The notes under the pieces were generated by a model that saw only the letters and a list, made by a program, of their open reading frames with translations, was not told the origin of the DNA and did not search any database. From assembly GCA_009103225.1 (NCBI GenBank), contig RHPI01002090.1, positions 122,625 to 186,624 of the forward strand: a stretch of 64,000 nt of DNA. Reading direction: 5' to 3'. This document shows positions 40,301-53,500 of the stretch, in pieces. Source of the stretch: Chlorokybus atmophyticus. Lineage: Eukaryota > Plantae > Mesostigma and Chlorokybus algae. Every line of letters starts with the position of its first letter. Position 1 is the stretch's first letter. A program made the translations under genes and the position numbers.

Positions 40301-42466
40301 CAGGAAGAACGCAAACATCGGCATCAGGGACAGGTACGCCAGCCTCATCCAGTACCCGTCCTTCAACGTCGTCCTGTATTGTAAGGAATAACACACAGTG
40401 CTGATGTGTCACATTACCACATACATCAGTGAGTCCAACTTCTTCTTCCCTCTTACCTGACAAAACTGTAGACCCACCAACCCATTAAGTATGTCAGTAT
40501 GGCGATGCTGATCCAGAAGATGATGCGATTGTTCCATCTCAGAACTCTCTTGGTCTCTTCCGGCAACTGTGTACGTGATGACACTTCAGCATTGACTGTC
40601 ATGTGACTGTCAGCAGAGTCACCATGATGATGGTCATGCCTGTTCAACGTAGGTGATTGTGTTGGTGTCCTCTGGCTTGAGTGCCTTTGGCGTGACGCCG
40701 TCGTCGTCGTCCCAGTTGGCGTCGGGATGCCACATCTTCAGCGTCACGGGGGCCTCCACAGCCTGGCATAGTGTGTGCATGACTTGAGACGATCCGTAAC
40801 GTTGGGGTTTGTTCACTAAAACAACAGCAGGATGGAATTGTGTGCAAGCTCTACACACATTGCCGTCATCTTCCGGTTGCAGGTTGCTCGCAGGGTGTAC
40901 TTTGGTCGACGTCGTGCGCGCTCGCAGCGTGTGCCTCAGCTGCCCGCTAGTAGACCTGTTGCATAATTCCGCAACCCAAGCAGTCAGCACATTCACAATC
41001 AGCCCCAGAAGTCTCGTACGTGCAACCCGACACGTTCATCATCCACATGGTGTTGTGCTTGCCTGCTTACGGCTTCGTGACTGCTGCGCCGCCGCCTCGT
41101 CAACGGGTCCTCAGTCCTGTAATGTAAGGTAGATTGACCCCAGTGGCATGTGAGTGCTTGTGTGAAACACAAGAGACTATACTGTGTGTGGATACTTACT
41201 TGGTCTCGCCCTTTGGTGTTGAAGGGAAGTAGAACGCCGAGCGGTCGTCGTGGTTCACTTTCTCCACGGGCGCTGTTGGGTGGATGTAGCGGTTATTACC
41301 ATTGACAAGGGTGACCACATGTATTGTTGTTGGCTGTAGCTAGTCAGGTTCTTTCACACTTTCAATGCTAGAGCATAACAGACAAAGCTGCGTGCCTTGC
41401 AAGCTTGGATGCTCACGCAGACACAACGAGTATGCGCACACACGCACACGCATGGTGAACGCATTCGAGCGAGCGATTGAGCGTGCGTGTAAGTGCGTTA
41501 TGGTACACTATAGATTGCGAGTCAGACGGCATGACGCACCTTTGCTGCGGGACAGGAATTGCCAGATATACGGCAGCATCCCCTGCGTTGAGGCTCATGT
41601 AAGTCTTGTTATCAATTGCGGTCAAGCTGTTGACACACCCATGTATATATGTATATAGTTGGATAGTTGTATGCGCGTGTTGACAGGCATCGACACTGCA
41701 CCCTCCTTGCTAGATGTTGGTTAGTATGTGTTAACTATCCCGAGCGCAACACACTCAAAAGATTCTCCAATAATGGTCTCGTGCGTGTAGTTATCAGGAT
41801 ACTTTGAAAGAGATGCTAGACTTTGGAATGTTTCTGATTAAGTTGTCGGTGTTTCCTTTCCTGCAAAGTTTGCAAGAGACGTGCAACCGATCTCAGTGAT
41901 CTATTTACTCGCAAGTCATTGGTGTTGTTGACTTATCAAGCAGAACGTGGACGTCTTGTATGTCATGTCATGAGAGCGGGCTGTCATATAGCAGCAACAA
42001 ATACACACAGGGATGTGCTCACCAAAATACACACCCAAGCCCGCACCCGCACCCACACCCGCACCCACCCACACAGCATTGCATACATCCTACACCCCCC
42101 CACCTGCAGCAGCTGATCCTTCTCCCCCGACGACATCGTCTTGACCGCCTCCGCCAGGCTCCTCCTCTTATCTCGCTCGCCCTCATCTTGCCCAGGGTCC
42201 TCGGCCGTGGCCAGTCGCTCCACCGTCGTGGAGAAGCGCTGCGCATCCTTCTCATCACCCTCACCCTCAGCCTGAGGGGGAGCGCCGGTCTCCACGTCCC
42301 TGGTGAGAGAGGAGTCCAGAGAGGAGTTCAGAGAGGAGTCGTCGTCGTCGTCGTCGTCATCGTCCCTGTGTGCGGACTCGTGAGTGTTTACGGCATCGTC
42401 CTCCGCCTCCTGGCCCTGCTGCTGCTCCTCGTCCCACTCCTCCTTCACTCCCTCAGGCGCACCCAT
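37323..42466 (-). CDS. Processive-type GT2 glycosyltransferase (Glyco_trans_2_3-like), multi-pass membrane protein
   Basis: LPNVTIQ|VPVYKESLDFVLRPTLES...VFVNDDG, RRGRFKKASNMNF, ILLIDSDTRV, APLVGHNAFLRWDAVQK, KYWSENHVSEDFDLSLRLQ, FNEGVSLSCHDELNR|FQKYAFG, TM helices, ending GHFLGPILLNPVLMRVKF*. The acidic exon 42104-42466 splices in phase to the exon at 41333, but the 5' end is uncertain. Confidence 0.85.
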
Positions 42467-43016
42467 CAGACCAGATGGAGCAGCGGCCTGATCTGATCCT
42501 CCTGACCACGCTTGGCCACTGGCTCTCACAGATCAGGCCAGATGGAGAGACTCGCTGTGGCTAGCAACACAGCAGCACACCCCTACACAACACACTACTC
42601 GGATGCTGGCTAACAGGGCCCGTCTGTCACCCTGTCCTTGTCGTCCTCCTCCTCCTCGTCATGGCTCCCCTCCCCGGTCCACGCCACGCTGGTGTGGTGT
42701 CACGCAGTGTGGGCGCCTTGCCTGTGTGTGCAAGTAGATTCACCCACTGCTGTGAGCTCACTGTGTCTCTCGCTTGGACTCTCGTCGTCCATGACGTACC
42801 TCACGTGACCCAAGTCGTAAGGCATGCCTTGTACGGTACGACCTCCGGATCGACGCGCGATCGTTCAGCCACACAGCGGTGATCGGACGGCCGCGATTGG
42901 ATGCTGACCGGAACTCGAGTAACGTCACAGACTCACTGTCCGTTACGATTCGTATCAGGAGCAGGTGTAACTCAATACACCTGGGTGTCGGCGTTGTCGT
43001 TGTTGTCGGCGTGGGC

Positions 43017-45597
43017 ATGCGGCGGCGGTTGTCCAACGTGGGGTCCCTTCTTTCACTGGTGCTGCTGCTGGTGGTGGTTGGTCTGGTTGTTGCCGTCGCT
43101 GTGGTCGAAGGCGAGGAGCTCCCGCGCCTGGCTGCAAGGGGCGACGCCGCCGCCGTGCAGAAGGCGCTTCTGGCCGGAGAAGACGTTGAGCAGGCAAGCT
43201 TGTGCACTTGCATTGTACTATCGTTAGTATCGCATTGTGTGTCAGTGTGCCAATTGGTTACTCGCGTTGCTGTATGACTGGCCACTTCAACTACTGTGCA
43301 TGTGCAGTCACTGGCAAGCTTGGTGTATAAGCATTCCGTCTTTGCAGCTGTCGTGCGTACAACAGGACAATGCCGTCTCACGCACTTACAAGTACACACA
43401 AATAGATTGGGTTTGCAAAAAGCGTGCTGTCTGTTCAGCTGACCTTGTTGTATTTGGCACACCACACAGAAAGACTCGCTCGGACGCACAGCGCTGTGGC
43501 ACGCTGCGTCCATCGGCAACAAAGTCATTGTTCAGCAGCTGCTACGCCACAACGCTCAGGTTTTCAAGTTACTAACAAAGAAAACACAACGCCCAAGCTT
43601 CTCCTGTTGCTGTCTGCCCACAAGGCCTTGCGTGCATGCGCCATGCAGGTCGCTGTTGCCTCACCCGACGGCACCACACCGCTGCTGGCCGCCACGCTCG
43701 GGAAGCATGCGGAGGTAGTCCGTCACCTGCTGGTCTACGGAGCATCGCCGGTAAGTTTTTGCATGTGCGGCGCGATATCATGCATTCTGCCCTGCAATGG
43801 AGCGGCTGCTTGCTATGAAGTGGTCGTTGCAAGCATGCATACACGCACAGCTGTATAAGGCGTTGAGTGGCTGCCATGCAGCCATGCGTGAGTGCTGTTT
43901 TTCTTCAGTCACGTGCGTGTGCATGCCATCAGTTGTTGAGGTTCTCAATGGAGAATCTGCGTGCCATGCAATGTGCACATATGTCCGTGCGTGTGCGTGT
44001 GCGTGTGCGCGTGCGCGTGCGCGTGCGCGTGCGTGTGCGCGTGCGCGTGTCACTGCATGCATGGCTTGCGCACGTGCGTTCGCCAAGAGGGGAGGGCGNN
44101 NNNNNNNNNNNNNNNNNNNNNNNNNNNNNNNNNNNNNNNNNNNNNNNNNNNNNNNNNNNNNNNNNNNNNNNNNNNNNNNNNNNNNNNNNNNNNNNNNNNN
44201 NNNNNNNNNNNNNNNNNNNNNNNNNNNNNNNNNNNNNNNNNNNNNNNNNNNNNNNNNNNNNNNNNGGGGCTCATTGGCGCATGATGCGTGCCTGTGTGTG
44301 CGTGCGTGGGGCGCGTGTGTGTTGACTATTGCAGGCATTTGGCAGGACACCGTCAATAAGCAGGGCACGCTACCACGAACATACGCGGTGGTACACGAGC
44401 TTGAGCAGATAGAACAGTTGTTCGAGCAACACTTCAGACAAGGCGTAGCTGCGTTCGAAGATCCCCCCGGCACTTGGAAAACTTACGAAGTCGGTGCCTT
44501 GAGCACGACACTCATGCACCACTGTGTAGTGTTAGTGCAAGTCAAGTAGTGTACTTCTTTCGACTTCCATGGTGGTTTGCCGCAAGTTGTTGGTGCATAC
44601 ATATCTGCTGAATTGCTGTAAAATGTAACAGCAGTGTTGTCTCATGCGGATAAGCTGCCTAATGACACCACTCTGTGGTGTCACTAGGCGAAAGATCAAG
44701 GCGGTCAGCGATACTTCTGGAACTCCCGCACGGGTGAGATACAGTGGCTGCGTCCTCCATCCTGCGCATGGCAAAGGTTTGCGCTGGCAGACGGGCGCAC
44801 GTGTTTCCACAACAACGTGACCCAGCAGACTGTGTACACCACGCCGAACGCCCTTGCATGGAAGCGCGTGAGGGATGCCACAGACCACAGCGGGCAGACA
44901 TGCAACTGGTATGGGTCATGTTGGAACAACTCTTTGTGTAAAAGTGACTTGTGTACTTGTGTCTCAAGGGTTGTGTACCGCAGGTTCAACTATCGCGCCA
45001 ACGTGATGCAGCGTGAGACTCCCGCAGAGCTGCCTGAAGACTGGCAGAAGGAGGGCAAGTTGTGGACGGCCAGCTACCATAATCGTGTGCTGAACCTCAC
45101 GCAGGTGTGGGGCTGTTCTGCTGTGTTGGGTGGTCACATGCGCGCAGGATCCAGTTCCGTCATGTGGCATACATGTACACACACATTACTGCAGTGGGAA
45201 GACCCGTCTGAAGGCTCATGGAGGGAGTGCTGTGACGCACAAGGCCTTCGCTTCTGGTTTAAGGGCACGAGTGGAGAGTTGACATATCAGCAGGCGAGTC
45301 TGGTTTACTGGTTGGTTGTTTCGCCTACAATGAATGAGACATCCTTGTGCCAACGAGCGTTATTTGTGCAGCCTGCGAGCATGGCTTGGCTGGAGGTGGA
45401 CAACTCAGACACGCTGCAAAGATATTACTACAACATGGTAGGTCTTTGCAGGTGCATAGGTTTTTATTGTACTGGTACGGGTGTCGCAAGCACACATCTT
45501 TTCCCGGTGTTCCGTGCTTTGTTTGCAGGTCACTGATAGCATCACGTGGGGTGTACCCGTTGATGCAGCCTGGGTTGAGAACACCAGAGCAGACTGA
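43017..45597 (+). CDS. Signal-peptide/anchor protein with ankyrin repeats and about six WW-like repeats
   Basis: MRRRLSNVGSLLSLVLLLVVVGLVVAVAVVEG (hydrophobic leader). ANK: DSLGRTALWHAASIGNKVIVQQLLRHNA and DGTTPLLAATLGKHAEVVRHLLVYGA. WW-like: WKTYE|AKDQGGQRYFWNSRTGEIQWLRP, LPEDWQKE...YHNRVLNLTQ|WEDP, WLEVDNSDTLQRYYYNM|VTDSITWGVP. An N-gap lies in an intron. Confidence 0.8.
43987..44050. repeat. (GTGCGC/GTGTGC)n alternating purine-pyrimidine microsatellite
   Basis: Seen directly, just upstream of the N-gap. Confidence 0.9.
44099..44265. other. Assembly gap (167 N)
   Basis: Run of N characters. Confidence 1.
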
Positions 45598-47304
45598 CTT
45601 GCACCAGCACACTGTATATACTATACTACCATTTGTAAGCAGGCCTGCAATAGCAGCTACCACTCATAGAAGTGTGTGACGCTCACACAGTCTTTGAGCC
45701 AGTCTTGTGCTGGCTGAGTGTATGCGTGTATCCAGTTGCATGACTTGCAAGAGTTCATGAAGAGGTCGTTAAACCATCACCATCGCAAGCTATGCTATAT
45801 GTGAGTACTTTGTACATAATCGAGTTGGCGACATGACATATGGTGCAAGTGATCTTGCATGAGTGAATGCATATCATACTTATTTATCACTGGTTAATGG
45901 TAAACGTCATATTTAATGAATGTTAAGAAACATCAATGTGATTACATTATAATTATAGCATCTTGTGTTGCCCAATTTCGAGTTTTTAAAAGCGATGAAC
46001 GCTTAAGTAGTAAAAGATGCATGAGAAATGGAGACGCAAGTTCATAACGTGTACAAAAGATGCAAGAGGGAATGCGTACATGCAAAGCTACGGTGCACAA
46101 GCAATGTAATCAACACTAGAAACATTCTGTGCTCGGATGCAAGTCGACGTTTAAGCTAGCAGATGCATGAGCTCTGTAGAGAAGCAAGTTCACAATGTAT
46201 CGTATGTGCCCGGATGCAACCCCCTCTGATTTACGGAAGCCCCCACCCCTCCATCAAGAAAAAATTGAGTTTGAAATAATGCCATTCCATGTAGGGAGGT
46301 TTTAGTCGCAGGGGGCTTGTAACCGGTGACATACGGTAAAACACTTTATTATAGTATTCACCGCATGCATGTAAACTATAAGGTGTTACCCCTTAATTGA
46401 GCTTAACTTTGCCAAATCAACGTAATATTATGCAAACACCTTACACGCATTTGATAAAACACTTCAATGTTATCCATCCATGCAATTCACCATTACTGCA
46501 TCGATTGCCGTAAATGCAGGTCAGTAACGTGTGCCGTGCAATAAACCCATCACAAGCTGTGTATGTAGCATCATAGTCATATGTAAATGCTAAAATATAA
46601 GCGTGATCTGTTACAATAGCGTATTCCATGGCTGCATTGCATAAGCACAACTGATAGTGACACAGTAAGTAACACGAACAACCAACAGCAGCCAAGCAGC
46701 AACATGTATATTGCATGATGTTGTATGCGCATACAAAGCATTAAGCACTTCATGTACAATATGCTACCGTAGCTCTTGAAGTTATTTTTTACTTGAGATA
46801 AAGCATTAACAACGCATTACATGAAAAAGACCCCACATGCCTGCCAGTGGCAGGCTGCCACACACACAGCTCGCAACAACAACAGACTACATGCCTACAG
46901 AAAGGACACACGTAATCCTGTATGCAACTCGGAGAGCAGGCAGTGTCACGTGACGTGACAAACTCAACGCCAACCGACGAACCGCCAAAGCTGGGTGTCG
47001 GTGCCGGTTGCGACGCCAGGACGCAGATCAACCAGACCAGACCAGGGCCAGGCCAGACGCAAGGCGAGGCGGGGGTCGTTTGTTCACGCCCATCAACGAC
47101 CAGGCCTGCATAGAGCACGCTCAGACAGCGGACCAATCGGGTGAAGTCGGCAGTCTGAGGCTATTTGTGCAGGCCAGGCCAGGCCAGGCAGGGCTAGGCC
47201 AGGCGGCTTGATTGTGGGCGCCGATGGGTGTGCTCAACGATGTCATAGTACTTGTTTGAGACAGTGGAGAACTTGAGGTGAACCCTTGGGTTGAGGGGTT
47301 TAAG

Positions 47305-50041
47305 ATGAAAGGCGGCGGAGGAGGAGCAGGAGCAGGAGGAGGTGCCTGGCGAAGATGGAGGTTGCCCCTGGCGGCGGTACTGGCGCTGATGTTGGCAGGT
47401 GAGTAAGAAGCCTGAAGGACGCCACCTCTTCTCAATTGAATACTTGATATTTGATAGCAAAGCAGCGTGGCACAAGCCTACCTGCTTGAAGTGCAAACAC
47501 AACAACATTTGCTAGAGTTGCTACAAAGCTGTGATCAGTGCATCTGCTGCCATATCGGTCACTGCTTTGGGAGCGAACAGAAACATATGCATCATACTGA
47601 TAATGAGGTGTCGAACAAGTTTAGGCATCTGCAAAAAGGGACTGTTGTACACATCGTGCAAATGAAAAGCTTGATACAACTATGCAAGGTGTCACAATCT
47701 AGCTCATGTACACTCATGCACCATATAACCCTGTGTACATACGCACATCACCCACACGTTAATGTCACGGACCTATTGCAGTTGCTCATACTCAGGCACC
47801 CACACTGAACCGTAGATCTGGACACAACCAGAAGCTGCCCCTCCTTTCTTGTGTGTCATCCTTGCATGCAGCAACAATGTAACACAGTGTCTGCTTGCAG
47901 GCGTTCTGTACGACTCTCGCTACATCCGAGCGACCGACACGCATGCCAGCGCCGAGCACACAGACAGGCGACGGCTCGTCGAGCTAGGGGCGGGACCGCT
48001 GCAGATCGCCAAGCGGCTGACTGGGCTGCAAGGAGAGGATGATGTTGTTGATGTGGAGGACGCAGACAACTTTGCTGTGGAGGATGAGGTTGTTGTTGAT
48101 GGTGATGGTGATGGTGATGGTGATGAGAGTGTGGATGGCGGTGGAAGCCAACAACAGCTGTCTCGAGAGGAAGATGCGCGGGTAGAGGGCGAGTCAGAAG
48201 ATGAAGGTGTTGTTGAAAGCGATGAAGTTGAAGGGTCGGTATCACCGGTCCAGGATGATGCGGATGCTGGTGATGCGGATGCTGATGATGATAGTGTCGA
48301 GGTTGAAGAGGGTGTGGAGGGTGAGGAGTTGGCGGATGAAACGCCCGAGACAGACGAGGATGTCATTTCAATGCCGAGCAGTGACACACAGACATCGTCT
48401 CTCCTACAAACATCTGCCGCCTTGTCTACATGTGACAGCAGTGCTGAAGAGTTTGAGAACTGCGGTCGGTATGGTCGCTGGAACACCACAGCTTGCAAGT
48501 GCGACTGCGCGGCCCTGTTCACCGGACCACTTTGCAAGGTGTGTGCAAACGCATGAACGCACGCACATAGCCGCTCACGCACGTGTAAGCAAAATAAACG
48601 TATGTATGTTTCACTTCATGGCTAACTACGCTGTAGACTTCTCTGATAAACTTTACACACACAGGAGCCGAAGTCTCTGCCCAACAAGTCGCCAATGCGC
48701 AAGTTTTCCGCTGCGTACGCGTCGGACATCACGATGACGCGGGCTGTGATGGCGTCGGAGGCTGAGGTGAAGGTGTTTCTTCCCGGCAAGGAGAAGGACC
48801 CGGACGGTGGTCACCGCACGCTGGGGCCCGTCACGCCCGACCTGCTCAACATCCTGCCGGAGAAGGACATCTTCCCGGAGGTGTACGGCTCGTGCGCGGT
48901 TGTTGGAAGCAGCGGCATACTGCTTGCGTACAAGAATGGAAAAGAGATCGACTCACATGACATGGTCATGCGGTTCAACTCCGCCCCCACCAAGGCAAGC
49001 CAACATCAAGTGCTCTTGTGCGTGCGCGTGTGTGTGTGCTACACCCGCTGAACACCATGTGCAGCACACATTATGACTGGTGCGTGTCCCCCACAGCGCT
49101 TCAGTCAGTATGTTGGAAGCAAGACGACTCACCGTATCACCAACAGTCAGAACTGGGCCTTTCGAGAGAGCAATAGCGAGTGGCTGCTCGTGCACATGCG
49201 CTCCAAACAGGCCCTCAGAGCCCTCCTCAACACGTACAGGGGCTTACCGAAGATCCACATGGCCTCACTTTCACCTGATTTCGTTGAGGTGCTGACACGA
49301 CACGCAATGAGATATCATCAGGCAACAACATGCCCCATCCAGTGTTGTGCTGAGCTTTTTCCTGTTCACAGTACATGGCCTCTGGGTTTGAGTTCATGGC
49401 TACCAGCGGGCTGTACGGGATCATCATCGCAGCCTTGCGATGCACGAAAGTGGACCTGTACGGCTTTCAGGTACTGTACAACATTGAGGCTGTGCTGTAC
49501 GTAGCCTTGCATGCATGCTGAACACATGTTGCGTTGCCAGGTGTCAGTTCAGCAAAAGACGCCGTATCACTACTACAACAAGTGCGATCAGCCGGCAAAC
49601 GCAGACCGGGACGGGGATGAGTGGTATGTTGTCAAGGCGTTGGTGGAAGCCGGCATTGTCAACTTCAAGGAACCGTGCGTGCTCGGTAAGTCAATGCGCA
49701 GGCCACACCTGTGCTCGCTACAAGGTTGTCTTCAATTTTTCTACAGTCTGCTAACCCATTGCACCTTGTGTTCACTGGCAGAATGTCACGAGTCCAGAGC
49801 AAAGTGCCAACAATGCAAGAAGACAGTTGGGTGGAAGGAGTTCCGGCTTGCCACGCGGCGGCAGTGCCCAGCGTGCAGTTTCGCATTCGGCGGGTGCATG
49901 CGGATCGCAAGACGGCATTGGGCCTTCTTCAGGAACGAGACCAACCGATACATTGAGAGGAAACAAGCGCAGGCTTTGAAAAAGGCTGCTGCGGCTGAAA
50001 AACTTAGAGCACGGACAGCAAACTCAACAATGGTCGCTTGA
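47305..50041 (+). CDS. GT29 sialyltransferase-like type II membrane protein with acidic stem, EGF-like module and Cys-rich C-terminal extension
   Basis: Exon 1 MKGGGG...WRRWRLPLAAVLALMLA|G (anchor). Sialylmotif L CAVVGSSGILLAYKNGKEIDSHDMVMRFNSAPTK|RFSQYVGSKTT. Motif S TSGLYGIIIAALRCTKVDLYGF. Motif III PYHYYN. Confidence 0.9.
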
Positions 50042-50519
50042 TGATTGCTGTGATATGTGCAGAGAGTTGCAATGCACTGACGAGGTTGTTATCTTTGCGC
50101 TGGCTCTGTCACCTAGCATATGTTGATACCTAGCCATATCATGTTACATAGCCGAGTATTGCCACTATTCCATAGGACACAAGAGTAAGTGCTGTCGATG
50201 TGCATGACCATCACGTGCAAACTGGTGCATTTCATGAGACTGTGCAGCTACAAAGTCAGCTCCGCTTAGCCAGCTTTGCTAGCAACTACTCGACACAGGA
50301 TGCATGCCGCCTACCGCGGTATACTTCTGCCAAGCCAGCCAATGCTATTGCTAAACACACACTGTTGGCAACCGAGTGGTGCATCAATTGACCGCCGGGC
50401 CACGCTGCCAGCGCCGTGTTGGTAGCGTGGTGCTGAGTGCATGCTGAAATACCTCCGTGCTAACTTTTGTGCCGCTTGACTTTGCCAATGGATATGTTCT
50501 TGAAGAACCGCAACATAAT

Positions 50520-53500
50520 CTAGCCGGTGCGCTTTCGCTCCTCCACTCGCTCGCGCTTGATAGCGCACAAGATCTCATGTGCCAACCAAGGGAAGCTCAG
50601 CAGCCTCTGCTGTCCAACCTCTGCAAGGCAAGCAATCCACTTTGGTACGCAGCCGCTGGCATATTGGCAACCACATGAGCTATCAGAACGCTTGATTGTA
50701 ATAATATCACCTTGGTAGACAGGATGATACGTCGTGCAGTACCAAGCAGAGGCCTTTGCCTTGTCAACAGACGAGTACTGTCGCACTTCACCGGAGAGCA
50801 AGCCTTCATCCGCATCATCCGGAACAAGCGCTGCTCCAAAGTAACTTCTCACATCACGGAATATCTGTGATATAGTTGTTGGCAGCGAATCATTTTACAT
50901 CAACACGCAGCCTTATCACAAGTTTGTACGCGCAATTGACTGTTTGGCAACAAGGCACTCACTTGGCCAACCGCAAGACGTATCCTCTCCTTGACATGGC
51001 CCATACGGCGCTTGTGGCTTCCCTCACCAAGGTTAAGCAATGTGCCTGCCAATAGATCACTAGTAGCCATGAGCAACGGGAGCATGCTGCCATTGCTGTA
51101 AGCTTCAAGCTGGAACAGTGCTTGGTTGGTTCACAAAATGTCATTGGTGTCTTGACTAGCAACATTACCTGAGACCAGATCGGCTTCATCCTCAATGCCA
51201 AACTGCTGCATCAAGCTGTGAATGTTGCTGCGATAGGCCTCATACAACCTTCGGGCTTCGCAGATAAAGTCGTCCCAACCAGGGTACAACATATCTTGAT
51301 CAAACGGCAGAAGCGCCGGCGGACCAGCATGCTCGCGCTCATCCTCCAACACGCGCTCGCGCTTCCCCTTGGCAGCACGGAAAAGATTGCCGAGCACCTG
51401 CACACCGGGGACGCACAAAGCCCAGTTGTCAAGCACAGTAGTCAACTCATTAGCTGTGGTGATTGAGTGCATAGCATGCTCACCTTCTTGGACTCGTAGC
51501 TCTTTATGTGCTTTGGCTTCTCCATGAAGTCCGGATACCTCTCTGGTCTCAAGCCCTCAATCAGCTCTGCTGGGACACCTGTCTTCGGGTAGTCCACAGA
51601 CACGGAATGCAAGCGTGCCAGCTCTATACAGCGTCGGTCCAGCACTCCAAGATTGGCGTAGTCGCTGATAGCCAGATGCGCGTTGGCTATCTGGCCCAAA
51701 CTGTCGTTCTGCATGTACTCCAAGAAGAAGTCCTGGATGTCATCCAATCGGGCAGGGTAGTCCAGGGTCTTCTCTGGAGGCGACTTGTAGTCCATTGCCG
51801 GCAGGTTGCGTGCATCCACCGGCGGTATGAGCTGTCGGTGCCAGAGGACTGTGTAAACATCGCCATCAAGGTCACTGCCGGATACCTCGTCTGGATGCGG
51901 GCGAGGACCTTGTTGTGGGAATACTATTTCGTTCACCTGCGGCAGAAACAGGTCTGGGCACAAGGTACAAGACCTAGATACAGCACTGCCACCTGGCGGA
52001 ACAGGATTCACCAATGCACAATGTGGTTGTACAGAGTACACACTACGCAACTAGTTTGCATTGCTCTGGATATAATAGCTTGCAAGTGTATTGTACCCGA
52101 TGGTGCAATTCTGGTATGTCAACGGCCTCCAGTGTCCGCACATCGCCAGGGTGGAAGCAGGGATTCTTGGTAACAGCAATTAGGCCTGTTACTGGCGTTG
52201 GCTTGGGAAACGGATCCCCTGGCTTCATGCCTTGAGAGGCAGCAGCATAGTTCATTGGGTTTATGAATACCTGCACACAACACATGCACTCAGGGCTTCA
52301 TTCAATCAGCAAACTGTGCTGACATGTCTCCCACTTGTGCACACCATGGTACCTGGCCATATTGCAACTTGCCCGTTTCATCGATGCCACCCATCAGCCT
52401 GGCACCGTGCGGCACAAATATGCGTGCCTTTGTCTGCAGCTCAACAAGCTGTGCTGCTCGGAAGGCCTTCAATATCGCCTGCACCATGCACCAATGCAAG
52501 CATGAGGCAAAAACCTTATAATCGTTGCATCCATTCAAACCACAACCCAACATTAACGCATGCAGCGTGACTGCAGCCTGCCCGACTCTCGCCAGGCCTC
52601 ACCTCAATGAAAGGCTCAGTCAACGAGAAGCCAGCTCGAATGGCTTCAACAAGAATGGTACGCACTCTGCCGCCACAGGTTTGCAGCAGCACGTTCAAGG
52701 CTACCTCGGGAATCGTAAACATTCCATCCAATCTAGCGACCACCTGATTTTGCAGCTCCTGAAACACAGAATCAGGGATGCCAGCGGCGCTGAGCAGCAG
52801 TATGATCTGCCTGTTCAAGAAGCCCGGCCAAAAGTCCGCTGATTGGATGACTTCAAAGTCAGGTACGTCGCTGTCAAATTTCTTCATGGATGGCCGAAGG
52901 CCAAGGATGCTTGTGGCGGTTGGTTTCAGTGACACCACACCCTGAAGGATTAATTCAGTAGCTTCACTGACGGTTTCCCCCCACCCCACCCCACCCACTA
53001 CCACCACTACCACCACACACACATGCCACCAAACACATGCCGGCACATTCGAGCGTCCTACCTTGTAACCACGAAAACGAATCTGGAACGCTGATGGCTT
53101 TGGGCGTAAGCTCTGCCACACAACAGCCGCGTTATGGAACAGCCTAACATTGTGTCAAGCACTGCTACATGAAAGGGTGTTTCTCACTGGCATATCAGGA
53201 AAGCAGAGCGAGCTTGCACCTCAGAGTTGGTACATCCAAGCAAATCATGCTGCTTACCCGAGGATGCAGTTTTGCAACAATCCTGTCAACCAAGTCTTGG
53301 GACAGCCAACCTGCGCCATCGCTGAAAGCGAACCCGTTTCTAGTCACGTCCTCCAGATGCTGCACTTCACTTCTAGGAATCTCACAGATCCGGGTCCTGT
53401 GACATACACTCTTGTTATACAATTGTACAAAATTGGGCCAACAGTGCAGCTACCATACGGCTACCGTACGTGCTGGAGAAGCACTGCCCCATTCTTGCAG

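Noticed and set aside
43778-44549. ORFs spanning the N-run
   Set aside because: Artefacts of the assembly gap and the GTGCGC microsatellite.
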